Positions 18,611 through 28,696 of a stretch of DNA of 64,000 nucleotides are shown in pieces. The number at the start of each line of letters is the position of its first letter. Position 1 is the first letter of the stretch. Under the pieces are notes generated by a model that saw only the letters and a list, made by a program, of their open reading frames with translations, searched no databases and was not told the DNA's origin. The stretch covers positions 17,197-81,196 of IMG/VR virus record IMGVR_UViG_3300008108_000181. One strand, 5' to 3'. The position numbers and the translations under genes were made by a program. The stretch comes from a virus.

Positions 18611-19358
18611 ATATATCGTCTTCGAATTCTATATTAGATACATCAATCCAAAATGGTTTTTCTTTTACTGAAAATTCTCCATTTTCTAAATACTCATTTA
18701 ACATTTTTTTCTGATGTTGTTTCATTACATTTACCACTTTGGTAATATAATGTGTTTTACAATCAGTCATTTCTCTAATAAGTAGATAAAGATGTTTTTT
18801 ATTAAAATTTTCTATATACTGACTTCTACGAAACAATTCTAATACTGCATCTGCTATTTGAATATCTCTTTTCTTATTAAAGACAGTAGCAAGATGTTTA
18901 TCCCAATACTCTAACATTATCTCATTAAACTCTCTAAACTCACCTGCCTCTTCAGTTTCATAAAAATCATTTTCGGGATTCCAACTCTCAGGCATTTCTG
19001 ATACAAGAGCGTTTTGTTTCCATCTTTTAAAATTACCATTGTTTTTTAAGATAAGATGATTCTTTGCAATAATACTAAAATAAGAAAATGCCCTACCTTT
19101 GTTTTCTTTATACATATGTATTTTTTCAATCATAGTAGATACAACCTCTGCCTGAATATCTTTTTTAGGTGAATCAAAGTATGAAAACTTAAATGTATTA
19201 AGAACATTTTCTGCTAACTTTTCAAACGGATATTTAATTCTTTCTTCATAGATTCTTGACCGTTTGATTGGGTCTTTTGTTTTATTGTATTCTACTATTG
19301 CATCTTGTGCAGGAGTACCAAAATAAATTTTATCTTTTGGTTTTCTTTGTTTCATCAT
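18594..19358 (-). CDS. Phage sigma factor, T4 gp55-like (probable late sigma)
   Basis: KLAENV...KFSYF...DIQAE...KGRAFSYFSIIAKN resembles region 2 of gp55-type sigma factors. Confidence 0.6.
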   Translation of the reverse strand: MMKQRKPKDKIYFGTPAQDAIVEYNKTKDPIKRSRIYEERIKYPFEKLAENVLNTFKFSYFDSPKKDIQAEVVSTMIEKIHMYKENKGRAFSYFSIIAKNHLILKNNGNFKRWKQNALVSEMPESWNPENDFYETEEAGEFREFNEIMLEYWDKHLATVFNKKRDIQIADAVLELFRRSQYIENFNKKHLYLLIREMTDCKTHYITKVVNVMKQHQKKMLNEYLENGEFSVKEKPFWIDVSNIEFEDDIFDESE

Positions 19359-19359
19359 A

Positions 19360-19623
19360 TTATAATTCTTGATTTAGATCTTCGATAATGTTTTTTAGTT
19401 GCTCGAACGTGGCACCAACCTCATCATCTTTTTCAAAAACTTCTCGGTTATCAATATCTCTCATTTGTTGTAATGTAGTTTCAATTTTAATACGAGTTCC
19501 TTCCACAACATCGGTTAGAGTATCTTCAAGTTCTTCGTTTTGTTTGATAAGGTTTCTTAAACCAATTCCCAAAACAATATTAAGTATAGCTAATAAAACA
19601 AGGAGTGTATAAACTAATTCCAT
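19360..19623 (-). CDS. Small membrane-anchored coiled-coil protein
   Basis: N-terminal hydrophobic helix. Confidence 0.65.
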   Translation of the reverse strand: MELVYTLLVLLAILNIVLGIGLRNLIKQNEELEDTLTDVVEGTRIKIETTLQQMRDIDNREVFEKDDEVGATFEQLKNIIEDLNQEL

Positions 19624-19626
19624 AAA

Positions 19627-20004
19627 TTAAATTGTTTTGATAGAAGATTTGATATTTTGAAGTAATTGTAACTCATTCTGAAATACTTTCTTTTCAAATT
19701 CTTCTCTATCTTTTTCAATATAATTCCTCACAACATTAATAACATAATCGTTAAATGGCAGTGGGGATTGCGCAACATAGGTAAATTTGTGATTAGTGAT
19801 TGTCACCGAAGTATCTCCAACTTTTACATAGTATCCCAATCGTTTGTTAGAGATATAATACTTACCACTAATTGGAGCAGTGATACATTCAGTATCTTCA
19901 TCATCAAAAAGTAATCCAATAATATCAATTACTAATTGTTCGTGTTCTTGTGGTTTAAATGATGGGATAATTTTTTCTTTAAATTTGGTAAATAAGGATT
20001 TCAT
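19627..20004 (-). CDS. Hypothetical protein
   Basis: ORF in a tightly packed minus-strand operon. Confidence 0.65.
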   Translation of the reverse strand: MKSLFTKFKEKIIPSFKPQEHEQLVIDIIGLLFDDEDTECITAPISGKYYISNKRLGYYVKVGDTSVTITNHKFTYVAQSPLPFNDYVINVVRNYIEKDREEFEKKVFQNELQLLQNIKSSIKTI

Positions 20005-20010
20005 AACTTT

Positions 20011-20571
20011 TTAGAATTTAGATTTAAGATTTTGATTTTGAATAATTTCTTGTAGTTTTAAAATGTAATTAGGGTCTTCTGCATACGAAGATGAGAGATA
20101 TGAAAAATAATCACTCTCACTTTTTAATTTATGAAGATATGTTGATGAATACAATGCATAATCATATACCGATTCTGTCCAAGTATCATAATACGCATGA
20201 CCGTGTTGTGTTCCACCTGCAGTATTAATTCGTGTCACTGCTTGTTTCATTCCAAAAAGGTTGTTGTTCTCATTAAACATTTTGGATGTAAAATGTGCAG
20301 TTTCCAATTTGGCCTGAGCTAATACGATGTGTGGGAATTTGAAATTTAACTCTTTGATTTTAGAAATCAATTTTTCTTCGGAGAACTCATTTTGTTTTGC
20401 AAAAATTAATTCAACCTCCCTTTCAGTTAAATCACCATTTTTGTAATTATTGATTTGTGAAATGGCACCGATTGAAACGAGTACCGAAACTACAAATGTA
20501 AATTTAAATAAATGGTTTGAGAATTTAATTTTTCTAAAATCTCTTGTTTTTTTGTCATAAATGTAAATCAT
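20011..20571 (-). CDS. GH73 glucosaminidase-family peptidoglycan hydrolase with N-terminal membrane anchor
   Basis: AQAKLET...NNNLFGMK...YAEDPNY. Confidence 0.85.
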   Translation of the reverse strand: MIYIYDKKTRDFRKIKFSNHLFKFTFVVSVLVSIGAISQINNYKNGDLTEREVELIFAKQNEFSEEKLISKIKELNFKFPHIVLAQAKLETAHFTSKMFNENNNLFGMKQAVTRINTAGGTQHGHAYYDTWTESVYDYALYSSTYLHKLKSESDYFSYLSSSYAEDPNYILKLQEIIQNQNLKSKF

Positions 20572-20592
20572 AATAGTTTAAATTTGTTACTC

Positions 20593-20627
20593 TACAAAGA
20601 TACGAAAAAAAACCCAAACTACCAAAT
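20593..20627 (-). promoter_or_regulatory. Bacteroidota housekeeping-sigma-type promoter (representative of ~18 copies)
   Basis: Minus strand TTTGG...TTTCGTATCTTTGTA matches -33 TTTG and -7 TAnnTTTG. Confidence 0.8.
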
Positions 20628-20642
20628 TCTAAGGTAATTTTT

Positions 20643-20900
20643 TTATGCCTCACCAATATCATTTCCCATAAACATTGTCATGGTATTCATTTTTTTGGAG
20701 GCCAAGTTCAACTCTTGGACTTGTTTATTTAGTATTGTAAGATTATTTTGAATCTTATCATTTACTTTATCTGAATCAATTACATTGGTTTCTACCAATT
20801 CATCAAAAATGGCACTTAAAGTAATTTCTAGTGTTAGAATTCTTTCAAACAAAATAGTAATCTCATCTTTCGATTGAGTTGGTTTACTTTTAGAAGTCAT
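20643..20900 (-). CDS. Hypothetical protein
   Basis: ORF track; operon packing. Confidence 0.6.
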   Translation of the reverse strand: MTSKSKPTQSKDEITILFERILTLEITLSAIFDELVETNVIDSDKVNDKIQNNLTILNKQVQELNLASKKMNTMTMFMGNDIGEA

Positions 20901-21150
20901 AAGATGATGAATAGTTTAGTGCAGATTTTAAAAAATCTTGAAAATGGATATCGAGATCTGAATCATAAACATTTTCTCCAAATGAGTTTTTTATGGTTGA
21001 TTCGGCAAATCCAATTGCTGCAGCCAATCTCGTACAAATGATTTTGTATTCGTGAATATTGAAGTCATCGGGTATGGTTAGTTCAATTTGTGATGCTTCT
21101 CTGCAATCTTTTAACAAATCATCGGTATATTTAAATATAAGTTTTGCCAT
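20890..21150 (-). CDS. Hypothetical protein
   Basis: ORF track; operon packing. Confidence 0.65.
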   Translation of the reverse strand: MAKLIFKYTDDLLKDCREASQIELTIPDDFNIHEYKIICTRLAAAIGFAESTIKNSFGENVYDSDLDIHFQDFLKSALNYSSSYDF

Positions 21151-21161
21151 AATAAATACAA

Positions 21162-21773
21162 TTATAGTACTTCTACTCCTTGAATTAGTTGAGCCTTTTT
21201 GTACTTCATGAACTCGGTTTCACCGTTTGGTAATTTAACCATTACCATTTCATTTCTACCATATTTCTTTGGTGCATAAAAAGTTGGATTGTATCGTCTG
21301 ATTGGGTCGGTAATCAACACACCATTCAAGTGGTCAATTTCGTGTTGTGCGCAAACACTTTCCAACAATCCCATATCATTAAAAAATTCATTACCATCTT
21401 TCCAATTACCAACTACATTATCCGGCCCGAATACAACTCTTCCCAAATTATCACATTCAATTGTGATTGATTTATGTCTAACTGTCTTTATGGGTTTTCT
21501 CATAGTTTTTGGTATGGATAAACATTGTTCTACATACGCAACTGTGTCTTGTGATGCTTCTACTATTCGTGGGTTAATCAATACAAGCGGTTCGATTACA
21601 TTAACCACACATGCCCTAACATCTAATCCGATTTGGGTTGCCGATAAGCCAATACCACCATAAGTTTTTAAACCATCAAGAAGTTTGACTGATATATCAT
21701 CAATTTGTTCTTGTGTGAATGAACTTGGTTCAATTCTTTTTTGTAATTTTGAAGGGTTTTTAATAAGTGTCAT
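21162..21773 (-). CDS. def: Peptide deformylase (likely start MTLIKN at 21773)
   Basis: GIGLSATQIG, EQCLS, QHEIDHLNG motifs. Confidence 0.93.
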   Translation of the reverse strand: MTLIKNPSKLQKRIEPSSFTQEQIDDISVKLLDGLKTYGGIGLSATQIGLDVRACVVNVIEPLVLINPRIVEASQDTVAYVEQCLSIPKTMRKPIKTVRHKSITIECDNLGRVVFGPDNVVGNWKDGNEFFNDMGLLESVCAQHEIDHLNGVLITDPIRRYNPTFYAPKKYGRNEMVMVKLPNGETEFMKYKKAQLIQGVEVL

Positions 21774-21774
21774 A

Positions 21775-22116
21775 TTATTTTGTTTTATGTGGGTGATATG
21801 GGTCAATAAAGGTTGATTTGTAATACTCATCAGTATATTCTACTTCAGGTGGAAAAATTGAAGATTTTGTTTTATCAACAAGAGTTCTTTCTGAAAGTGG
21901 TGAACCCAACGGCCTTTGATAAATAGTCTCACCCTTATCAGGGGATTCGTAAATAAATTTACCTTCTACTAATTTCATATATTCTTGTATTTTTTCTTGA
22001 TGTTCGTAATACAATTTCCTAACTTGTTTACCCAATTCCATATCATTTGAATACTGATTAACTAATTCGATTATTTCTTTCATTCTGCTAAATTTAAATA
22101 TTTTTCTAATAGCCAA
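21775..22116 (-). CDS. Hypothetical protein (true start probably near 22083)
   Basis: IYESPDKGETIYQRP segment; ORF track. Confidence 0.6.
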   Translation of the reverse strand: MAIRKIFKFSRMKEIIELVNQYSNDMELGKQVRKLYYEHQEKIQEYMKLVEGKFIYESPDKGETIYQRPLGSPLSERTLVDKTKSSIFPPEVEYTDEYYKSTFIDPYHPHKTK

Positions 22117-22556
22117 GATGATGATTGAACTTTATCACCAAGACCCCATACCGAATCGATTCCTAATGAATCACATACTGCATTTTCAGGAGTTGTGGTT
22201 TCAGTTCTATCTCCACCATTACCAAATGCTACAGCACCTTTTAGTAATTCTCCATTTTCTTTTATATACTTTCGTTTGGATGCGTTAATAAAATCAATCG
22301 CTGTATTATCCAAATGGTCCTTTGGATTCATAACATAAACCCAATCCACGTTTTTAAGATTACTCATTATGAATGCTCGTTCTTGTTCGTTCATGAATGA
22401 CCTTCCTTTTTTTCGTGTCAACCATGCATCGTTATTTAAACCAATCCAAACTTCATCTGCTAGTTCTTTTGCGTTGTTGATACATTCAATGTGGCCTTTA
22501 TGAACAGGGTCAAATCCACCACTAATTAAAATTACTTTATATTTTTTTTGTTCCAT
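22080..22556 (-). CDS. Cytidylyltransferase-family nucleotidyltransferase (RfaE/TagD-like)
   Basis: SGGFDPVHKGH (HxGH), LNND.WL.RKKG, NGGDR, KVQSSS. Confidence 0.9.
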   Translation of the reverse strand: MEQKKYKVILISGGFDPVHKGHIECINNAKELADEVWIGLNNDAWLTRKKGRSFMNEQERAFIMSNLKNVDWVYVMNPKDHLDNTAIDFINASKRKYIKENGELLKGAVAFGNGGDRTETTTPENAVCDSLGIDSVWGLGDKVQSSSWLLEKYLNLAE

Positions 22557-22595
22557 AAGTGTAAAGATACGAAATTATTTTTAATTAAACAAGTT

Positions 22596-23333
22596 TTATG
22601 TAAAATTACTAATGTGTAATTTATAATTTGGTTGAGCTTCGTTGTGAATTTGTATATATCGTTTGGCATATTTTGAACTTCTATCTTGAGTTATTAATTT
22701 GATAGAATTATCATTTAGTGCAGCTGCAAAATTTCGATGCCATTCACGAATTAAAAATGTTTTAAGTTTTAAAGTTTTCCAATTAAAATTATTTTCTATT
22801 ATTTTATTTCCAATAGGAATGTGTGATGCTGGGTCATTATTATCTTTAAATAAATTTACAAATCGTTTTACTGTTTTAAAATCACCACCCATGTAATAAT
22901 CATTAATCCAAAATTCATCAATTTTAGCAGGACCACCTGTCTGAACATAAAGAGTATCAGGATTCCACTCTTGAGTTAGTATTGTATGCCAATCACTTAC
23001 CATATCACAACGATGTAAAAATACTTTATCATATTTTTCTTCATCAGTTACGGAGTTAATACCTGTAATCCAATGATGGTACATCTTTTTTGAGTTATGA
23101 ATATGTTTCTCACCAAAATAAATGTAATCATTTAATAATAATTTAATATTTGGTACTAATTTATAAACTAAATCAATTTCTTTTTGAGATAACTGAAAGT
23201 TTCTTCCATGAGTTTTTAAAATTTTCCAAGTTGAAAAAATAACATCAACTTTATCTAAATCAAATAATTGTTGTGGAATTACGGGAAATGTTCTAAATTC
23301 CCCAAAAAAAATAAAAAGATTTTTTTTTTCCAT
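22596..23333 (-). CDS. Hypothetical protein, possibly glycosyltransferase-like
   Basis: GEFRTF, DVIFSTW, YDKVFLHRCD, INDYYMGG pattern; next to a nucleotidyltransferase. Confidence 0.5.
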   Translation of the reverse strand: MEKKNLFIFFGEFRTFPVIPQQLFDLDKVDVIFSTWKILKTHGRNFQLSQKEIDLVYKLVPNIKLLLNDYIYFGEKHIHNSKKMYHHWITGINSVTDEEKYDKVFLHRCDMVSDWHTILTQEWNPDTLYVQTGGPAKIDEFWINDYYMGGDFKTVKRFVNLFKDNNDPASHIPIGNKIIENNFNWKTLKLKTFLIREWHRNFAAALNDNSIKLITQDRSSKYAKRYIQIHNEAQPNYKLHISNFT

Positions 23334-23469
23334 AAATGTTATTCCTTATCTAAAATTTGTTGAATATGTTGGATTCTCATCTTATCCTCAACTGATTGAA
23401 TTTTTTGAAGTTTTAATTTCATTAATTCTAATCTTAATTGTTCTTTATTGTTTTCGTGTAAGTTCATAT

Positions 23470-23703
23470 TTAATTTTCTTTAAAGTATGCATCGATACTA
23501 TCATTAATATCTTTATTTAGGATTTCTAATTCGAATACCAAACTTTTTAAAAACTCCTCTGACCACAATCCCCAACTTTTATTTTTATTTTCCGAATAGT
23601 AGTAGAACCCATGTACCTTTGTAAACTCACCAACAATAATTCCAGTTGATTTTAAACTTATTTCATAAGTTTGATTTTTAATTTTTTCTGTTATCTTAAG
23701 CAT
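23470..23703 (-). CDS. Hypothetical protein
   Basis: ORF track. Confidence 0.6.
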   Translation of the reverse strand: MLKITEKIKNQTYEISLKSTGIIVGEFTKVHGFYYYSENKNKSWGLWSEEFLKSLVFELEILNKDINDSIDAYFKEN

Positions 23704-23938
23704 TTTTTTTAATGTTTATGGTTATTCCGGCATTTCCAGTTGAAATCTCGTATGAATTATAACGATTATCATTTATCCAACCACACCTTTCAAATTTAAA
23801 TATAATCACATCCCTACCTTGAAATACTCCATGAATAGCATTAGTGGCATAATCTATATGGGGATGTATTATATGACCCATCTTCCAACTATCTACAAAT
23901 TCTGATTCTAATTCTTCAGGTAGGATGTGAATCAACAT
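23696..23938 (-). CDS. Hypothetical protein
   Basis: ORF track. Confidence 0.6.
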   Translation of the reverse strand: MLIHILPEELESEFVDSWKMGHIIHPHIDYATNAIHGVFQGRDVIIFKFERCGWINDNRYNSYEISTGNAGITINIKKNA

Positions 23939-23941
23939 TTT

Positions 23942-25057
23942 TTAATTACTTAAAGGTGCTTTGATTTTATCATGTGATTGATAACCTATTAACTCAAAAC
24001 AATCAGGTCTATAACTCATAATCTTTTGATCGAAAGTTTTTTCACCCAATCTTTCTTTTACCAATTGGTGTTGATACCAATTTCTTTCAGTTATTTGCAC
24101 CTTTGGTAATTTAAACGGTTCTCTACTGATTTGTTCTTTCGCTTGTTCAATGTGGTTTGAATATAGATGCACATCTCCCAAATTACCAATCAATTCATCT
24201 GGTACCATATTTACTTCCTTTGCAATAATCTCCAATAACAAACCATAGGAAGCTATGTTAAATGGTAATCCTAAAAATGTATCTACTGACCTCTGGTTCC
24301 ACATTAAAGAGATTGCTCGTTTAGGAACATTAGCATCATCACATACTTTATGCATTTCTACATCAGTATCTATTGTTTCATAACCACCTTCTTTAAGAGA
24401 ATCGTATAATCTTGTACTTCCTTTAGAACCTAACTCTGTTCTTTCTTTAGCACTCAATTCTCTTGTATAAACTTGGAATCCATAATGACAAGGAGGTAAA
24501 ACCATTTCATCCAATTGACCCACATTCCAAGCAGATACCATTAATCTTCTACTATCGGGATTTGTTTTGAGTTCGTTGATTAGATTTGTGATTTGGTCTA
24601 TTCCAATGAAGTATTCGTTACTAATTGAGTCGTGTTTTCTTTCACCCCAACTTCTCCATTGCTTACCATAGATTGGTCCTAAATCACCCCACTTCTTTGC
24701 AAACTCATTATCGGTTTTAATATTATGGATGAATTGTTCTTTAGTGAATTGGTAACCAGAGTCAAGTGAAGTCTTGGAAGCGTAGTTCTTATAAGCATCA
24801 CCATCCCAAATGTGACAATCGTAATCCAATAAAAACTTAATGTTTGTACTACCTCTCAAAAACCATAGGAGTTCTGCCACCATAACATTCCACGCCATTT
24901 TCTTTGTGGTTAATAATGGGAATCCTTGTGACATTCGGTGACGGATTTGTCTACCAAATACTGAAATAGTTCCAGTACCTGTCCTATCCTTTTTCTCCAC
25001 ACCGTTATCAAGAATATCTTGTAGTAAGTCTTGGTATTTTGTATCTAATCTATTCAT
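23942..25057 (-). CDS. thyA: Thymidylate synthase
   Basis: DRTGTGT, FPLLTTKK, ELLWFLRG, LGPIYGKQWR, LPPCH, QRSVDTFLGLPFNIASY. Confidence 0.98.
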   Translation of the reverse strand: MNRLDTKYQDLLQDILDNGVEKKDRTGTGTISVFGRQIRHRMSQGFPLLTTKKMAWNVMVAELLWFLRGSTNIKFLLDYDCHIWDGDAYKNYASKTSLDSGYQFTKEQFIHNIKTDNEFAKKWGDLGPIYGKQWRSWGERKHDSISNEYFIGIDQITNLINELKTNPDSRRLMVSAWNVGQLDEMVLPPCHYGFQVYTRELSAKERTELGSKGSTRLYDSLKEGGYETIDTDVEMHKVCDDANVPKRAISLMWNQRSVDTFLGLPFNIASYGLLLEIIAKEVNMVPDELIGNLGDVHLYSNHIEQAKEQISREPFKLPKVQITERNWYQHQLVKERLGEKTFDQKIMSYRPDCFELIGYQSHDKIKAPLSN

Positions 25058-25063
25058 ATAATA

Positions 25064-25423
25064 TTAATTTGTAAATCCATGAGAAGTTGGTTTTCCATTT
25101 TCATCAACCAATACAAATACAATTTTATCTATTCGGATAATACTTTGTTTAGTATCTTTGTTTCGTACTTCACAAGCAATGGTTATTGAAGTTTTACCAA
25201 AATTAACTAATTCACATCCGATTTCGATTATATCACCAAGTTTAGCAGATGCAACAAAGTTCACCTCACTCATTGCTTTGGTGACAATACTTCTACTACC
25301 TAATTGACAAATGCAAAAGATTGCAGCTTCTTCATCAATCCATTTTAGGAGTTGACCACCAAAGAGTGTACCTCTTGCATTTAAATCTTCGTACTTAACT
25401 AATTTTCGTGTTCTAAAATTCAT
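25064..25423 (-). CDS. Hotdog-fold acyl-CoA thioesterase (YciA-like)
   Basis: DLNARGTLFGGQLLKWIDEEAA. Confidence 0.9.
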   Translation of the reverse strand: MNFRTRKLVKYEDLNARGTLFGGQLLKWIDEEAAIFCICQLGSRSIVTKAMSEVNFVASAKLGDIIEIGCELVNFGKTSITIACEVRNKDTKQSIIRIDKIVFVLVDENGKPTSHGFTN

Positions 25424-25450
25424 TTTACAAATATACTAAAAAAATTTTAA

Positions 25451-25657
25451 TTATCCAAATGTTGATGTTCTAACATCTGCCATAAAATTTCTTAATTTTT
25501 GTAATTTGTAAATTAATTGTTCTTGCTCAAGTGAACCTTTTCTAATTTCAAAAATCAAATCATCTATTGAGACAACCCCAATACTTAATCCATCTTCTTT
25601 TGAATGTAAAAAATTTTCTGATACTTTGTGTTTTCTTGCTACGTCTTGTAAATTCAT
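25451..25657 (-). CDS. Hypothetical protein
   Basis: ORF track. Confidence 0.6.
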   Translation of the reverse strand: MNLQDVARKHKVSENFLHSKEDGLSIGVVSIDDLIFEIRKGSLEQEQLIYKLQKLRNFMADVRTSTFG

Positions 25658-25662
25658 AATTT

Positions 25663-27048
25663 CTATTTTTTAATTGTTTCTAATCTAATAATTTCTTCTT
25701 TAATTTTTTGGTTATATGGATTCCAAGTAATATTATCCAACAACCATTTTCTATAATAAGGAGGTATAGATGCAACTGGTTTGTTTTTATATTTACCAAA
25801 TGTCATATATACTTTTTGGATTTCTCCTTCTTCATTTCGTTGTTCGGCAAGATTTATCCCACCTTCCAAGTGTAATCCTATTTCGTGAATTGGTACACCA
25901 GTAATCTTCTTCTTATTCTCCCCATATAACTCCCATGTACCATCTTCATCCTCTTTATAATACAAATCCTCTACCTTACCAAATCGTTCAACAGAACCCA
26001 CGAAATCAACTACTAAGCAATCCTTCTTCTTTTCATGGATACGAGTTCCTCTACCAACAAACTGATACCACCATGAAATGGATGCGGTAGGTCTTGCGGT
26101 AATCAAACAATCCAATTCAGGATAATCAAATCCAACAGTTAGAACATTGACTTGAACTATAACTCTAATCTTTTGATTTCTAAATTCTTCAATGATTCGA
26201 TTTCTATCTTGAGTAGGAGTTTCACCAGTAACAACTGCTGCCATTGGAATTCTTCCTGCAAGTTTGGTTGCTTGTTCAATTGTTGGTACAGCGACAAGAA
26301 TAGATTTTCTATCTTCGATTTCTCGTACCTTCTTTACTATTTTATCTTCTATGTTTTGATTTTCATATGCTCGAGCAATAGAATCATTTGTAAATTCTGC
26401 ACCTGATGAATTGAATACCAATGCACCAGTATCAAAATCATAAGATTGATACACAAGTGGTGTCCAAAATCCTAACTTAACGGTATCTTGAATTTGAGCA
26501 ACATGAATGATGTGTTTAAAGAACGCACCTTTACTTGAACGATTGGTCAACATCACTAACTTAGAGTAAGGACCAGTATCACCCATATTCGATTGTAATT
26601 TGAGTGGAGTTGCAGTTAACCCAAGAATATGAGTTGCTTTCATCCCATCCACAAATCTTCTTAACTGACCTGATTTTTCTCTTGGGTATCTATCACACTC
26701 ATCTATAATAATCTTACTAACACCCATTTCTCTGAACTTGTGAGCAATGTTAATAATAGAACCGATGGTTGCGTAAGTAATATCACCTAACTCTTTCTGT
26801 CCCATAGAAGCAGAATAGATTGATGCAGACCCACCAAAGAAAATAAACTTATTATAATTTTGTTCTAATAATTCTTTTGATGGTTGGAGAACCAAAACCT
26901 TTTCACCAATACCTTTTGCGATATGGGCAATAACAATTGATTTACCGAATGCAGTAGGTGCAACGATAATGGATGGTGCCATTTTTGGTAGTTTAAAAAA
27001 TTCAACACCGATTGTTACTGGTTCAATTTGGTTCGCTCGTAACTTCAC
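25663..27048 (-). CDS. Superfamily 2 DExD/H helicase (RadD/YejH-like)
   Basis: PTAFGKS, DECD, GLTATP, VLTVGFD, QFVGRGTR; C-terminal MTFGKYK...YRKWL module. Confidence 0.92.
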   Translation of the reverse strand: MKLRANQIEPVTIGVEFFKLPKMAPSIIVAPTAFGKSIVIAHIAKGIGEKVLVLQPSKELLEQNYNKFIFFGGSASIYSASMGQKELGDITYATIGSIINIAHKFREMGVSKIIIDECDRYPREKSGQLRRFVDGMKATHILGLTATPLKLQSNMGDTGPYSKLVMLTNRSSKGAFFKHIIHVAQIQDTVKLGFWTPLVYQSYDFDTGALVFNSSGAEFTNDSIARAYENQNIEDKIVKKVREIEDRKSILVAVPTIEQATKLAGRIPMAAVVTGETPTQDRNRIIEEFRNQKIRVIVQVNVLTVGFDYPELDCLITARPTASISWWYQFVGRGTRIHEKKKDCLVVDFVGSVERFGKVEDLYYKEDEDGTWELYGENKKKITGVPIHEIGLHLEGGINLAEQRNEEGEIQKVYMTFGKYKNKPVASIPPYYRKWLLDNITWNPYNQKIKEEIIRLETIKK

Positions 27049-27260
27049 ACTTTATATTTACTTTTAAATCTTGCCAAAAACGATTCCCCAATTCCAATTT
27101 CTAATATTTGGTGTTCGTTTGGAATTATTGGTTTTCGTTTTGTATTATCAATAATATCATCAATTCTTATATTAGTAAATATATCAATATATATTTTTGG
27201 GTTTTTTTCTGGTCCTTTGTGAACTACAACTACTTTTAATAATTCATTTAAATTACCCAT
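27045..27260 (-). CDS. Hypothetical protein
   Basis: ORF track; overlaps the helicase start. Confidence 0.6.
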   Translation of the reverse strand: MGNLNELLKVVVVHKGPEKNPKIYIDIFTNIRIDDIIDNTKRKPIIPNEHQILEIGIGESFLARFKSKYKV

Positions 27261-27411
27261 TTTAGAGAGATAAACTTAAATTATGTAAAATTAATGCCAA
27301 TAACATAATAACAACCGCTGCAAAAGCGTATGTTACTACTTTTTCATTTGTAGATTGTCTATCTTTACTTCTACCTTGTCTATATTTTCTATCATTTTTT
27401 TTCATATCACA

Positions 27412-28311
27412 TTAATTTAAAAATGGTAAAATTGCTAATTCTTTTGCTTTTGATTCAACCATAATGTCCAAATCCAACTCGTATGTATTGGGGAGGGCAT
27501 TAATATAATCCGAATGTGCTTGTGGTTTGATTTTGATGTTGTTTTCATGTAATGATTTTGATTCGGAATAATGAACTTCGGGTGTAATACCTTTTGGCCA
27601 AGTTGATACTGCAAGTTTGAGTGCCTGTTCTTCACTCAATCCACCAGTACAAAACTTGTGGTGATGGTAATCAAACACAATTGGAATACCTGTCTTCTCA
27701 TGGATATACATCAAATCTTTTACCGAATACATAGATTCCTTGTCATCGTTCTCAACTGTCAATCGTGTCTGAACTGATGGTGATAATCGTTGGAAGTTTA
27801 AGATAAATCTATCCATTGCAGATTTCTTATCACCATACACACCATTACAATGAATGTTGATATTGTTATATGGAGATTTTTCTAATCCCATCAAATCAAA
27901 TATCTTACCATGAAGTTCCAAATCAATAATTGTATTTTGAACTACCGATTCTTTAGGAGATGTCAGAACATTAAATGGGCCAGGATGTGAATTGATTCTC
28001 ATACCAACTGATTGTGCGTAATGACCTGCACCCGATAATAAAGTTCGGATACGAAGGAATTGTGGTAAATCCTCAAACTTGTATTCACTTGCCCAAGGAA
28101 AGAACTCGGATGATAATCGGAATAGTTTGATATTATTCTCATGATTCCATCTGAGAATGTGAATCAAATCACGAGAATTTTCTAACCCCAATTCACCGGC
28201 GTAATCTAAACCTCGTTCTAAAAAGGTTTTTCTAACCATAGAACGATTAGTAGTAATCTTGGGTTTGCGACTACCAAGTGTCATGTTAATACAAGCATAT
28301 CCTAAATTCAT
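27412..28311 (-). CDS. uvsE: UV DNA damage endonuclease (likely start MNLGYACIN at 28311)
   Basis: LGYACIN, FRLSS..FP, HPGPF.VL.SP, VENDD, VFDYHHH, HYSES, AHSDY, MVESKAKELA. Confidence 0.95.
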   Translation of the reverse strand: MNLGYACINMTLGSRKPKITTNRSMVRKTFLERGLDYAGELGLENSRDLIHILRWNHENNIKLFRLSSEFFPWASEYKFEDLPQFLRIRTLLSGAGHYAQSVGMRINSHPGPFNVLTSPKESVVQNTIIDLELHGKIFDLMGLEKSPYNNINIHCNGVYGDKKSAMDRFILNFQRLSPSVQTRLTVENDDKESMYSVKDLMYIHEKTGIPIVFDYHHHKFCTGGLSEEQALKLAVSTWPKGITPEVHYSESKSLHENNIKIKPQAHSDYINALPNTYELDLDIMVESKAKELAILPFLN

Positions 28312-28370
28312 AAGTGTAGTTTTAAATGTTATTCTACAAATATACAAAAAATAAATGAATTATCCTACTA

Positions 28371-28694
28371 CTATATCGAAAAACTTTCACCGCACCCACA
28401 AGTTCGTGATGCGTTTGGATTTACAAAGTGGAATCCTTTTCCATTCAAACCCGAAGTATAACTCAATTCAGTTCCAACCAAATATAGTAATGATTTTTTA
28501 TCTATCAGAACTTTTACACCATTATCTTCACAAATAGTATCACTATCAGTTTTAGTTCCATCAAATTGTAAATCATACATCAACCCACTACAACCACCCC
28601 CCTTTACTGAAACCCGAATGAATTGTTCGGTTTGGTTTTCAGTATCTATTAATCGTTGTATCTCATTAGATGCATCGTTAGAAACTGTAATCAT
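28371..28694 (-). CDS. iscA: A-type Fe-S cluster carrier (IscA/HesB family)
   Basis: GGGCSG and NPNASRTCGCGESF. Confidence 0.95.
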   Translation of the reverse strand: MITVSNDASNEIQRLIDTENQTEQFIRVSVKGGGCSGLMYDLQFDGTKTDSDTICEDNGVKVLIDKKSLLYLVGTELSYTSGLNGKGFHFVNPNASRTCGCGESFSI

Positions 28695-28696
28695 AA